Below, one piece after another: positions 36,993-48,900 of a DNA stretch of 52,409 nucleotides. The position numbers were made by a program, and so were the translations under genes. The stretch is from NCBI GenBank assembly GCA_032718475.1, contig JAUCBJ010002507.1:1-52409 (forward strand), in the 5' to 3' direction. Under the pieces are notes generated by a model. The model was not told the DNA's origin. It ran no database searches and worked only from the letters and a program-made list of their open reading frames with translations. This DNA is from Nemertoderma westbladi. Taxonomy: Eukaryota; Animalia; Xenacoelomorpha. Each line of letters begins with the position of its first letter. Within the stretch, counting starts at the first letter, position 1.

Positions 36993-39608
36993 TCAGGGGG
37001 GGGAAAGTCGGTCATTGAGTGTATCCATGTCGTTAACGTCAGATAGGGTACAATGTATTTGTGAGGTGGGATAAATGTCAAGGTCATCGTCTGGGGCAAG
37101 ATTAGGGCCACAGACTGACCATCCAAACGGAGTTTCAACAGCGTACGGATGAGTCTGGGGGTTCGGGCCCCAGCGAGATTGAAGTTGCATCAAGGCGACT
37201 GGGGCATCCTGTCCCAACAAGACTGTTACTTGAGGGATGTCTAAAGGAGGATGACTCAAGTCTAAGTCAGCTAAGTGGGGCCATTCTCTGATATTCCAAT
37301 GCCTTGGGGTTACGAAGTTGTCTCTAAACCCTTTCATGACATCGAAAGTGACATTCACTAGTGTAGGAGTCCCATTACTGCTGACAGGAGAGACATTGCA
37401 CTTGATAGCGCCGACTTCTATGAGTCTCTCTTTGTCTAGACAGGTACTAATTGGGATGGTCCTATACTGAGTGTAATGGAGACCTAATGGGGGCAAGTTT
37501 CGGTCATTGAGTATTGATTGGTCAGAGCCTGGGTCAATCAACGCGTATGTTGTAAGAGACATTGTAGTATGATCTGAAGTGAGACGAACAGGGACTGTCT
37601 GTAGAACAGTATTTCTCTTTTGAAATCTGTGAAGACAGGTATTTCGTGAAGACATAGGGGGATGACTTGTCACGTGTTTGTTAGGGGCTGACGCAGTGGA
37701 GCGAGGCATGGGTGTGGGTGTGGTAGCGGATGAGTGAGGAATTCTAGTAAATGGCGCATTGGGGGGATGCAATAGAGAATGATGTTTGTTCGACTTGCAC
37801 GTCTTGCATGTATATTTAGACAAGCAGTCAGCGGTCAAATGGCCTCGTCCAAGGCAGTTGCGGCACATGTCATGGGAAGGATAATTTGCAACGAAGTTAT
37901 CTTTATCATGATATGTGAGGTTTAGGAAGGAATCACAGCCATAGATTTTATGACCTCCATCGCAGTACATGCAGTGAAGTCTATTCTGGCTGGTGGCACT
38001 GGTGGTTTGTGCACCATCTATGGGTAACTGAGGAGCATCGGGAGGAAGGCTAGGTCTAAGAGGGGTTGTAGACGTAGTCCTAACTTGTTTTGGTACCGCT
38101 GAGGTGAGTGCCGGAAAGCTAGCTGGGGGTCGGGTCTTTGGTTTACCAGTGCCATAGTAATTCAATACGCTGACTTCCTGGTCTAGGAAGTTGACAAGAT
38201 CAGAGACCTGAGGTTCCACCCGTTTGTTGGTATGAAGTTTGGTTGCGTGGCGGGTCCAGCGATTAACCAGTTCGATAGGCAGCCTGGAAGCTAATAGATC
38301 CATATTGCTGGGGTCATTCAACCGGGTCGAACTACCAATGGATTCCAGGGTGGCGTGACTAATAGATATATCGTCGATAAACTTTAATAAGTCGGATGCC
38401 GTGAGGTTCAGTCTAGGGCCCTGGGTCAGCTGGTTCAAGATAGACCTTGAGACTTCCCTGGGGTGTCCGTACCTCTTGTCGAGTTGGGCCCAAGCGAGTG
38501 TATACCCATTATCTGAGCTGCGGTATAACTCGGCAACGCGGCGGGGTTCGCCAGCTGTGAACTGTATGAGATAGATATGTTTCTCATTGTCAGGGATAGG
38601 TTTAGAGTCTATAAGGTCGTAGAATGTCTGCTTAAACTGGACATAGTCTAGTAACTTGCCGTCGAATTTGGTTGGTTGCAATGTGGGTAACGTCAACTTT
38701 AGGAGGGCAGATTGTTCTGAGTTGAGGCTACCAGCAAGGGGATTAGGAATAGTTGAGTCAGATTTGTAATCGAGTGAATGTTGAGGAACAGTGGGGACGG
38801 GAGATTGGGATGAGAGTGTGTGATGGTTACTGATGGTGTTAGGGTTGGGTAATGTTTGTGCAGATGATTGATGGTGATTCGTGTGACTATTTAAAGGTCG
38901 GGCTGACAGAGTAGAAGGGCAAATATTACCAAAGTTAACCAATGGATCTGCCGAGTGGTTGGTAGGTACAGATGGTAGATGTTGGAATGTTGCCAATGAC
39001 TCTACAGTCGGGGGGTTAAAGGGTGCGACATCAGGGTTCAAAGTTGATGGCAAGGATGCGGGTACACAACTCACAGTATACGGGAGGACCACAGATTGCG
39101 TGGTTATATTGCGAGCAGTGACAGGGGGGTGATTAGTCGAGCAAACTATTGGGATAGCGGTGGTGATGTTGATGCTGGGAAGTGTCGTCACATTCATAGG
39201 TTGTGAGGGTAGCGAGGGGGGAAATGACTGGGTAGTGCAGGGGTAAGGGGATGGTAGAGTTACAGTAGGCGCGGTTGTTGGGATATTGTCGGTGGATAAG
39301 GTAGTAATTGGTACCGGTATAGTAGGAGTGGGACCACTACATACAGTAACAATGCTGTTTCGGTTTTGTTCATTAATTTCGTTTGCGTAAAATTCCGCCT
39401 CCAGTTCTAGCTCTCTGCATTTTGCATCGCGTTGAATCTGCTTACTCCTCTTAGATAATTCGTCTAAATGTTGGTACGTTTGCATTTGTGCCTTATATTT
39501 CATAAGTTTGAGTCGAGTAGCACGAGCTAATCCACTCAGTTTAGAACTGGAGACGGCTGAGATCGTGGGGTGAGAGTTTATTTGACTTACCGAATCTCCA
39601 GGGTTCAC
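36993..39608 (-). CDS. BEL/Pao gag plus aspartic protease
   Basis: LPTLQPTKFDG (DUF1759-like), three Cys/His knuckles (CMYCDGGH..C, CRNCLGRGH..C, CKTCKSNKHHSLLH), YALIDPGS protease motif. Confidence 0.93.
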   Translation of the reverse strand: MNPGDSVSQINSHPTISAVSSSKLSGLARATRLKLMKYKAQMQTYQHLDELSKRSKQIQRDAKCRELELEAEFYANEINEQNRNSIVTVCSGPTPTIPVPITTLSTDNIPTTAPTVTLPSPYPCTTQSFPPSLPSQPMNVTTLPSINITTAIPIVCSTNHPPVTARNITTQSVVLPYTVSCVPASLPSTLNPDVAPFNPPTVESLATFQHLPSVPTNHSADPLVNFGNICPSTLSARPLNSHTNHHQSSAQTLPNPNTISNHHTLSSQSPVPTVPQHSLDYKSDSTIPNPLAGSLNSEQSALLKLTLPTLQPTKFDGKLLDYVQFKQTFYDLIDSKPIPDNEKHIYLIQFTAGEPRRVAELYRSSDNGYTLAWAQLDKRYGHPREVSRSILNQLTQGPRLNLTASDLLKFIDDISISHATLESIGSSTRLNDPSNMDLLASRLPIELVNRWTRHATKLHTNKRVEPQVSDLVNFLDQEVSVLNYYGTGKPKTRPPASFPALTSAVPKQVRTTSTTPLRPSLPPDAPQLPIDGAQTTSATSQNRLHCMYCDGGHKIYGCDSFLNLTYHDKDNFVANYPSHDMCRNCLGRGHLTADCLSKYTCKTCKSNKHHSLLHPPNAPFTRIPHSSATTPTPMPRSTASAPNKHVTSHPPMSSRNTCLHRFQKRNTVLQTVPVRLTSDHTTMSLTTYALIDPGSDQSILNDRNLPPLGLHYTQYRTIPISTCLDKERLIEVGAIKCNVSPVSSNGTPTLVNVTFDVMKGFRDNFVTPRHWNIREWPHLADLDLSHPPLDIPQVTVLLGQDAPVALMQLQSRWGPNPQTHPYAVETPFGWSVCGPNLAPDDDLDIYPTSQIHCTLSDVNDMDTLNDRLSPP

Positions 39609-39642
39609 GTCTACTATTCTCGACTTTACCTGATTACCAATA

Positions 39643-40740
39643 TTACCGTTTTGAGTTTCCAGTTTTCGTCTGGGGGTTGTCCTGTGTGACAGAGTTCACA
39701 ACACTCAAGGGGTTGGATGGAATCCCCACTAAGTTGACCGAAGTCGAGACTGGAACCTGAGGGGAAACTAAGGGACTCGCATCAGTGTTGTTCGAATTAT
39801 TCGCACTGACACCTAGATTTAAATGGTCGTTAACTACCAGTACTGATAGTGCTGCAGGTACCGGTAATGGGTTATTTTTATTGTACTCAACCGGTAGGTC
39901 TATAGGCATGATAGGCCTAATTGTATTTTGAAACCCAGATTCGTTATGGATTACGAAATCTCTAGAGGCGTTTAAAAAATCAGTGAATAATTCCTGGTCA
40001 CATGTTTCCCTATTGGGATTAGGGTTATCTGGTGCCGATACCGGTAGGCCTATTTCATTGCTCTGTAAGCCTACATTTGCGTTTAGTAAAGTTAGGTCCG
40101 GTGATGAAAAGCCACGAAAAGGTGTGGGATTGTGATACTCATCTATGCAGGCTGTCGTGAGGGAACGACGGACGTGTCTCGGTCCCGCACTAGATGTTTC
40201 GTCACCTAGGGGGGTTAGTGTAAAATCACCATGAGAATTATTTATGTTACCTGTTGCCGTTGGGTGGGGCAGTGCGAGCGAAGTCCTCCTTGCCCGTTCT
40301 GAAGGAAGATTTGGTGGGTCTACTACGGGGATAGATTCACTTTGTGCATCCTCCTGATAATCGGCATATTTGCGCTCCAGTTGATAATACCGGGCTTCAG
40401 CCTCGGCATAATCATGTGTGAATTTGTTATAAAGTGTATTATTCTGAGCCCGAAAGTTAGGGATAAGTAAAATTTGATGTGTTTTGCTCCGGTACTTACC
40501 GAATGATAGTTTGAAAGTGTTGAACGACGTGTCGACTAAGTTGTCCTGTACAGGCCCGGTTAGCGAGAGGTGATAGGCGAGTGCGTTGTGGGCGCGTGTA
40601 AACGAAGATTTAAGTCCACTCAGAGCACGCGAATCGAGAGCTCGCAAATCGTCGACATTTGGAGAGCCACCGTGGTCGGAAGTGATGGAGGAAGAAGCGT
40701 CCTCGTCGAGTTGGTGTTGGCTACCGGTAGCAGTAGCCAT
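39643..40740 (-). CDS. N-terminal gag extension of the BEL element (separate frame)
   Basis: 365-aa ATG-initiated ORF ~265 bp inside the 5' LTR; helical N-terminus then low complexity; overlaps the open gag frame by ~50 nt. Confidence 0.75.
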   Translation of the reverse strand: MATATGSQHQLDEDASSSITSDHGGSPNVDDLRALDSRALSGLKSSFTRAHNALAYHLSLTGPVQDNLVDTSFNTFKLSFGKYRSKTHQILLIPNFRAQNNTLYNKFTHDYAEAEARYYQLERKYADYQEDAQSESIPVVDPPNLPSERARRTSLALPHPTATGNINNSHGDFTLTPLGDETSSAGPRHVRRSLTTACIDEYHNPTPFRGFSSPDLTLLNANVGLQSNEIGLPVSAPDNPNPNRETCDQELFTDFLNASRDFVIHNESGFQNTIRPIMPIDLPVEYNKNNPLPVPAALSVLVVNDHLNLGVSANNSNNTDASPLVSPQVPVSTSVNLVGIPSNPLSVVNSVTQDNPQTKTGNSKR

Positions 40741-41005
40741 GACGGGCTGTCAGGCTGATGCGTACTGGCTGACTGGCGTAGCCTACGGTGTACTGGTGTA
40801 TGGCAGTATAGTGCAGTGCAGTAGGCAGTAGCGTACTGCAGTACTGGAATGTAGGCCCGGCTACACTAATACTGTAATAGGTCCACCTGTCAAAACCCTA
40901 GGCTGCTAGGCACTAGGCTACAACAGTTTAAAAACGCCCTAAGCACTAACCAGCTAACTACAGAACTAAGATGCCGGTGGAAATGAAATTGTTTTTTACT
41001 GAAAG

Positions 41006-42735
41006 TGTCTATCATTGGGACACTCATGGGAGGTTTCGGTTGCAAAATTGAGTTTCTTTATTAACGCGCTCGCATTCAATCGTTTTGTATTTACAAATTA
41101 CGGGCAGTTATGATAATGAAATGTGGACAATAAAAGCACTAATAAATAACATAATATATTTCGATAACGTAGTAAAAATATGGATAAAATAAGGGGAGGG
41201 GAAATGAATGAATCATTTACTTCGAGTATATGTGGTTACAACGATCAGCAGAAATAAAGTGTTATCAAAGTAAATGAAATGGGACGAATGAAAAGGCGTG
41301 CAAGCGAGCGGACGGGGAGTGAGCGAGCGAGCGAGCGAGCGAGCGAGCGGTAAAAAACAATTTGTGACAACCGGTGGAGAAAATAGGAAGACTGACGAAA
41401 TTGCTCAGAATGAAGTATATAATGGTAAATTATTACATCGCGAGGTGATAACAGGAGGTCAAGATGCTGAATGGAGGGGGTCAGGCCTAAAACATGAGGT
41501 TTGCATTGATGTAACACATGACAGGCATACTAGGGCTAACAAATTAGTAGATTCGACCAATGAATGTGCAGAGATTCAATAATTCTGTTTGAGGTTGATG
41601 GGCGTTGTGAAGGGTTATTATTATTAATTATATAATATAATGTCAGTATAATATATCGAGAGGGGGGTGGTTATATGAATGAACATGTGGCATCCCGCTT
41701 TAACCTGGGGCCACTTACAGTACTTGATAATGTTAGTGGGACTGAGGGGGGCTTGTTAAGTGAATGATAAGTGGAATCTCGCTGTAACCCGAGTCCACGT
41801 ACTGTACGAATGATTATGTTAGTAAGACAAGACTTGGGGGGTTTATTATATGAATGAAATGTGGAATCCCGCTGTAACCCGAGTCCACGTACTGTACGAA
41901 TGATTATGTTAGTAAGATGGGTGTGTAGTACGTATTTCGATAATTTAAATGGTCAGATTATATTGAGGGTGCCGCACCAAGTCAAGGAATTTTGTTAGTT
42001 TCTGCTATAGATAGACTGGTCAATCTACGGGAATGAAAGTCTAGTTTTTCGGTATATGTGTGTACAAGTATGCAAACATGCGAACCTTTTGATTAAAATA
42101 CCGGCGACAACAATGACATAATTTGGGGACGAAGTGAGTATTACAATTTTGGGACAAAACGATAAATACATAACTGAGGCGAAAATAAGAGAGGGCAGGG
42201 CGTCAAGTACTAGCACAATCAACTCACGTGTGGGTGGAGTTAGTAAGAAAGTGAAAGTAATTGAGAGGATGAGGTCAAGTACTACCACAATCAACTCACG
42301 TGTGGAGTTAGTAAGAAAGTGAAAGTAATTGAGAGGATGAGGTCAAGTACTACCACAATCAACTCACGTGTGGAGTTAGTAAGAAAGTGAAAGTAATTGA
42401 GAGGATGAGGTCAAGTACTACCACAATCAACTCACGTGTGGAGTTAGTAAGAAAGTGAAAGTAATTGAGAGGGTGAGGTCAAGTACTACCACAATCAACT
42501 CACGTGTGGAGTTAGTAAGAAAGTGAAAGTAATTGAGAGGATGAGGTCAAGTACTAGCACTAACAACTCGCGATCGGAGTTAGTAAGAAAGTGAAAGTAA
42601 TTAACACAGAGTGAGAGAGAGAGTGAGTGAGAGAGAGAGAGAGAAATCGATTAAAGGCGGGTAAAGCGAGTGAGGTAAAGTAAATCGAGTGATATAAAGT
42701 GAATGTTAAAGGAAATGTTAGAGCGTTGGTTGACA
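41006..42735 (-). repeat. 5' LTR (1730 bp) with six 68-bp units
   Basis: TG...CA termini; matches 31256-33249. Confidence 0.97.
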
Positions 42736-42740
42736 AGCCG

Positions 42741-42800
42741 GCACAGCATTCTTAAAAATGCAGCCGCAATGCAGCATGCCGATCCTAGTAGTAGTAGTAG
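42741..42800 (+). mobile_element. RTE-like LINE 3' end with (TAG)n tail, right part
   Basis: Continues the sequence interrupted at the TSD and ends in TAGTAGTAGTAGTAG. Confidence 0.6.
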
Positions 42801-43637
42801 ACCTACCTACCATATTACCATTACTTGGTTACCCACCAACCAGGTACTGTAGTCCTATATATCCTATGATGAGGTTCAAGGTAGGTTTCTCTCTCATATG
42901 GGATAGACCCATCTCTGTAGGCCTATTCAATTTCAATTACTGGTAGAAATGTTTTAAACAGTATTATTTTATGAAGGTCCAATAAATAAAATAAAAAATG
43001 TTTCGACCATCTACTTACGGTACCAACTGAAGTTATATACCACTGATACTGAACATCACTGACTGGCTGATTGATACTGATTTCTGTCCATTGCCCCTTA
43101 CTGCCTTAGATACAGCAGTACAGTACAATTTATTGAATGCCTATCAGGCTCTGCCAGAATGAGTGATTACTTAGTGTTCTCCTTGTACTGACTGACTGAT
43201 ATGTGAATGAAATTCAAATTTGCCGCTTATTTTTTTTTTACCCTACCCCCTTTTTTTTTTTGGTAGCTAAAAAAAAATAAGTTGATAATGTAATTTGCCT
43301 AACTTATAATAATTTTTTATTTTGTTTGTGATAGACATTGACTGAGTGGGCATTCATACAATTAGGTGCACTGTTATTTACATATTATATAAATATCAGA
43401 CTGCTTTGAAAAAATTATCTTCACAAAACATATTCATAGAACTTTGGCACTGGCATTGAAGTGGTGCACTTTTTGAATGATTCTTATTCTAAACATTTAA
43501 TATATTTGGTTTTAGGGGTTTTAAATGATGTTCTTTCTGATGCAACAACAATATTTCCAATAAATATTCATTATGGTAGAACTTTACTTATTTTTATTTA
43601 GCCGCCTATTTCCACAGCCTCAGCACTCTATCTATCT

Positions 43638-45204
43638 ATACACGAAGTGGGGCCTTCGCGCAGCACGTGAAATGAGTTAATGCTAAGTATCAACTCGAAA
43701 GGATTATAAAAACATAGGAGAAGATTTTCCCGGAAAACGTTAACCCTCTAGCGGGAGACTGGGTAACTGAAGAAGGAAGGATTAGTTTCCCTACAAAGCC
43801 ACATCCTATGGTCTATTACATATCTACCAAGTTTCCGATTGACGGATCATAAATAACGAAATGTTGGAAGGTTTTCACTTTCATACATTTAGCCCTCTAG
43901 CGGCATATTAAAGAACTACGGATCGATCACCTTCCTCACAAAGACGAGGCATGTGGTCTAGTACATACCGGTACTGTATATTCCAAAATTCAGCTTAAAT
44001 AGATTAAGATCAAGGAATTCGCAAAGGTTATCACTTTCCTACATTTCGCCCTCTAGCGGCAGACTCGAAAACTCCGGACCGATTACTGTCCACACAAAGA
44101 CTTAGGATGTCTTCTAGTACATATATGACAAGTTTCAGCGTAATCAGATCATAAACAACTAAATGGAAGAATAATTTCACATTCGGGACATTTCGCCCTC
44201 TAGCGGCAGACTGGAGAACTGCAGACAGATTAGCCTCCTTTGAAATTTACAGCTAATGGTCTAGTACATACTTCCCAAGTTTCAGCTTAAACGGATTAAA
44301 AGCAAAGAAATGGGTGGCCATTTAATGTTTAGACATGTGGCCCTCTAGCGGGAGACTGGAAAACTTCGGACCGATTACAATCCACACAAAGACTCAGGAT
44401 GTCTTCTAGTACATATATGACAAGTTTCAGCGTAATCAGATCATAAACAACTAAATGGAAGAATAATTTCACATTCGGGACATTTCGCCCTCTAGCGGCA
44501 GACTGGAGAACTGCAGACAGATTAGCCTCCTTTGAAATTTACAGCTAATGGTCTAGTACATACTTCCCAAGTTTCAGCTTAAACGGATTAAAAGCAAAGA
44601 AATGGGTGGCCATTTAATGTTTAGACATGTGGCCCTCTAGCGGGAGACTGGAAAACTTCGGACCGATTACAATCCACACAAAGACTCAGGATGTCATCTA
44701 GTACATATATGACAAGTTTCAGCGTAATCAGATCATAAACAACTAAATGGAAGAATAATTTCACATTCGGGACATTTCGCCCTCTAGCGGCAGACTGGAG
44801 AACTGCAGACAGATTAGCCTCCTTTGAAATTTACAGCTAATGGTCTAGTACATACTTCCCAAGTTTCAGCTTAAACGGATTAAAAGCAAAGAAATGGGTG
44901 GCCATTTAATGTTTAGACATGTGGCCCTCTAGCGGGAGACCATTGCACTGATGGTGTCTGAAAGTCTCTCAAAAATCTCAACTTTTGCTCATATTGATAC
45001 CTACAAATTTTCAACTTGGCAGCTTTAAATCCGACAAAGTTATTAGCATGTCAAAATCGTAACGACGACGACAACGACGACGACGACAACGACGACGACG
45101 ACAACGACGACGACGACGACGACGACAACTATTTGCATAAATTGACCCACCCCCTAACAGTGTCAATTCGCTAAGGCTCCGCCAACTTCGTGGCTCGCCC
45201 CACA
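43638..45204 (-). mobile_element. HINE-like CTCF-motif element, copy 2 (two 292-bp units shorter; 9 motifs)
   Basis: Reverse complement of 19954-22104; length difference 584 = 2 x 292; identical microsatellite interruption pattern. Confidence 0.88.
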
Positions 45205-45419
45205 TCTAAATTAATCAAAGCACATGAAACCAGCTCAAACCAATTGCAACCAACTGAAACAGTATAGGAATAATGGGCTGATGGTGTTTAATTACTTATA
45301 CTGGACCTACTTAAGTGTAATGTTGAATTTGTTTATCTTAAATATTTATCGTTAATAAACATTTAATAACTTAAGTACAATATTTCTGTAATTGAACTCC
45401 TAGGAATGGAAACTATTAT

Positions 45420-45888
45420 TAGGGATGTTGCAAATGTCATATTTTTAACATCCGCACGGATGCGGATGCAGATGGCTATTAAATATATTTTTGCCTCCCT
45501 TTTACATCAAAGTTATACCAGCATTTTAATATTATATTCTAATCTTAAATTAATAAACTTAACAAGCGTCTAACGTTATAGAACAGAATGGGACATAATA
45601 TAACAAAACAATAATACAACAAACATTTTTTTATATAGTTCCCGTCGAGTGAGTGTTAGTGTATTCTTAGTATTAGTGTAATTTTAAGATGAAATAAAAA
45701 AAATTCATAAGGGAAAAAGTAATTATTATTGAAAATTTAATTGAGTGGTTGCTGGGCCTTCCGACAGGATGCTTGAATAGTGCATGTAACATCCGCATGT
45801 CACATCCGCATGCCATGGGTGCGGATGCGAAAAATCATGCGGATATCCGCGGAAGCGGATGCGGATGCGGACATTCGCCACATCCTTA
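45420..45888. mobile_element. hAT-like MITE with ATCCGC/GCGGAT subterminal repeats
   Basis: TAGGGATGTTGCAAATGTC ... GACATTCGCCACATCCTTA imperfect TIRs; flanks GAAACTAT/GGAACTAT suggest a decayed 8-bp TSD. Confidence 0.7.
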
Positions 45889-45967
45889 GGAACTATCAAT
45901 AATAATGTTAACGAATAATAAATTGTGACATATTAAATATAGTTTAGCCATTATTAATTATCTGTCG

Positions 45968-48900
45968 ATTATATCCCGTGCCATACCAGTTATATCCCCT
46001 ACCATACCTGTTATATCCCCTGCCATACCTGTTATATCCCCTACCATACCAGTTATATCCCCTGCCATACCTGTTATATCCCGTGCCATACCTGTTATAT
46101 CCCCATCATACCTGTTATATCCCTTACCAAACCGGTTATATCTCCTGCCATACCTGTTATATCCCCTACCATAACTGTTAAATGTCCTACCATAACTATA
46201 TATCCCCTTCCAAACCTGTTATATCTCCTGCATACCTGTTATATCCCGTGCCATAGCTGTTATATCCCGTGCTATACCTGTTATATCCCCTACCATACCT
46301 GTTATATCCCCTACCAGACCTAATATATATCTCCTGCCATACCTGTTATATCCCCTACCATACCTGTTATATATCCTGCCATACCTGTTATATCTGTTGC
46401 CATACCTATTATATCCCCTACCAGACCTGTTATATCTCCTGCCATACCTGTTATATCTCCTGCCATACCTGTTATATCCCCTACCATACCTGTTATATCC
46501 TCTACCATACCTGTTATATGTCCTGCCATACCTGTTATATCTCCTGCCATACCTATATATCCCCTACCAAACCTGTTATATATCCTGCCATACCTGTTAT
46601 ATCGCCTACCAAATCTGTTATATCTCCTGCCATACCTGTTATATCCCGTGCCATACCGTTATATCCCCTACTAAACCTGTTACCTGTTATATCCCCTACC
46701 ATACCTGTTATATATCCTGCCATACCTGTTATATGTCCTGCCATACATGTTATATCTCCTGCCATACCTGTTATATCTCCTGCCATACCTATATATCCCC
46801 TGCCATACCTATATATCCCCTACCAAACCTGTTATATATCCCATGCCTGTTATATCGCCTACCAAACCTGTTATATATCCCATGCCTGTTATATCGCCTA
46901 CCAAACCTATTATATATCCTGCCATACCTGTTATATCCCGTACCATACCTGTAAATCCTCTACTAGACCTGTTATATCCCCTACCATACCTATTATTTCC
47001 CCTACCAGAGCTGTTATATCCCCTACCAGACCTGTTATATCCCCTACCATACCTGTTTTATGTCCTGCCATACATGTTATATCTCCTGCCATACCTGTTA
47101 TATCTCCTGCCATACCTATATATCCCCTACCAAACCTGTTATATATCCTGCCATGCCTGTTATATCGCCTACCAAACCTGTTATATCTCCTGCCATACCT
47201 GTTATATCCCGTACCATACCTGTAAATCCTCTACTAGACCTGTTATATCCCCTACCAAACCTGTTATATATCCTGCCATACCTGTTATATCTCCTGCCAT
47301 ACCTGTTATATCGCCTACCAAACATGTTATATCTCCTGTCAGACCTGTTATATATCTCCTGCCATACCTGTTATATCTCCTGCCATACCTATATATCCCC
47401 TACCAAACCTGTTATATATCCTGCCATAACTTTTATATCCCCTACCAGATCTGTTATATCCCCTACCATACCTATTATATCCCCCACCAGACCTGTTATA
47501 TCTCCTGCCATACCTGCTATATCCTCTACCAGACCTGTTATATCCCCTACCAGACCTGTTATATCCCCTACCATACCTGTTATATGTCCGGCCATACATG
47601 TTATATCTCCTGTCATACCTGTTATATCTCCTGCCATACCTATATATCCCCTACCAAACCTGTTATATATCCTGCCATGCCTGTTATATCGCCTACCAAA
47701 CCTGTTATATCTCCTGCCATAACTGTTATATCCCCTACCATACCTGTTATATATCCTGCCATACCTGTTATATCGCCTACCAAACTTATTATATCTCCTG
47801 CCATACCTGTTATATCCCGTACCATACCTGTAAATCCTATACTAGACCTGTTATATCCCCTACCATACCTATTATATCCCCCACCAGACCTGTTATATCT
47901 CCTGCCATACCTGCTATATCCTCTACCAGACCTGTTATATCCCCTACCAGACCTGTTATATCCGCTACCATACCTGTTATATGTCCTGCCATACATGTTA
48001 TATCTCCTGTCATACCTGTTATATCTCCTGCCATACCTATATATCCCCTACCAAACCTGTTATATATCCTGCCATAACTTTTATATCCCCTACCAGATCT
48101 GTTATATCCCCTACCATACCTGTTATATGTCCTGCCATACATGTTATATCTCCTGCCATAACTGATATATCCCCTGCCATACCTTTATATATCCTGCCAT
48201 ACCTGTTATATCCCCTGCCATACCTGTTATATATCCTGCCATACATGTAATATCGCCTACCAAACCTGTTATATCTCCTGCCATAACTGTTATATCCCCT
48301 ACCATACCTGTTATATATCCTGCCATACCTGTTATATCGCCTACCAAACTTATTATATCTCCTGCCATACCTGTTATATCCCGTACCATACCTGTAAATC
48401 CTATACTAGACCTGTTATATCCCCTACCATACCTATTATATCCCCCACCAGACCTGTTATATCTCCTGCCATACCTGCTATATCCTCTACCAGACCTGTT
48501 ATATCCCCTACCAGACCTGTTATATCCCCTACCATACCTGTTATATGTCCTGCCATACATGTTATATCTCCTGTCATACCTGTTATATCTCCTGCCATAC
48601 CTATATATCCCCTACCAAACCTGTTATATATCCTGCATGCCTGTTATATCGCCTACCAAACCTATTATATATCCTGCCATACCTGTTATATCCCGTACCA
48701 TACCTGTAAATCCTCTACTACACCTGTTATATCCCCTACCATACCTATTATATCCCCTACCACACCTGTTATATCCCCTACCAGACCTGTTATATCCCCT
48801 ACCATACCTGTTATATCTCCTGCCATACCTGTTATATCTCCTGCCATACCTATATATCCCCTACCAAACCTGTTATATATCCTGCCATGCCTGTTATATC

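Larger units (their letters stand above)
31256..42735 (-). mobile_element. Full-length young BEL/Pao LTR retrotransposon, 11.5 kb, TSD AGCCG
   Basis: Two TG...CA LTRs, 5-bp TSD AGCCG at 31251-31255 and 42736-42740, PPT AAGAGGGGCGGTG next to the 3' LTR, gag-PR-RT-RH-IN order. Confidence 0.97.

Noticed and set aside
42800-45960. Upstream TRIM37 MATH exon
   Set aside because: No sequence encoding the expected ...ECWGYN motif found; it probably lies beyond the window.
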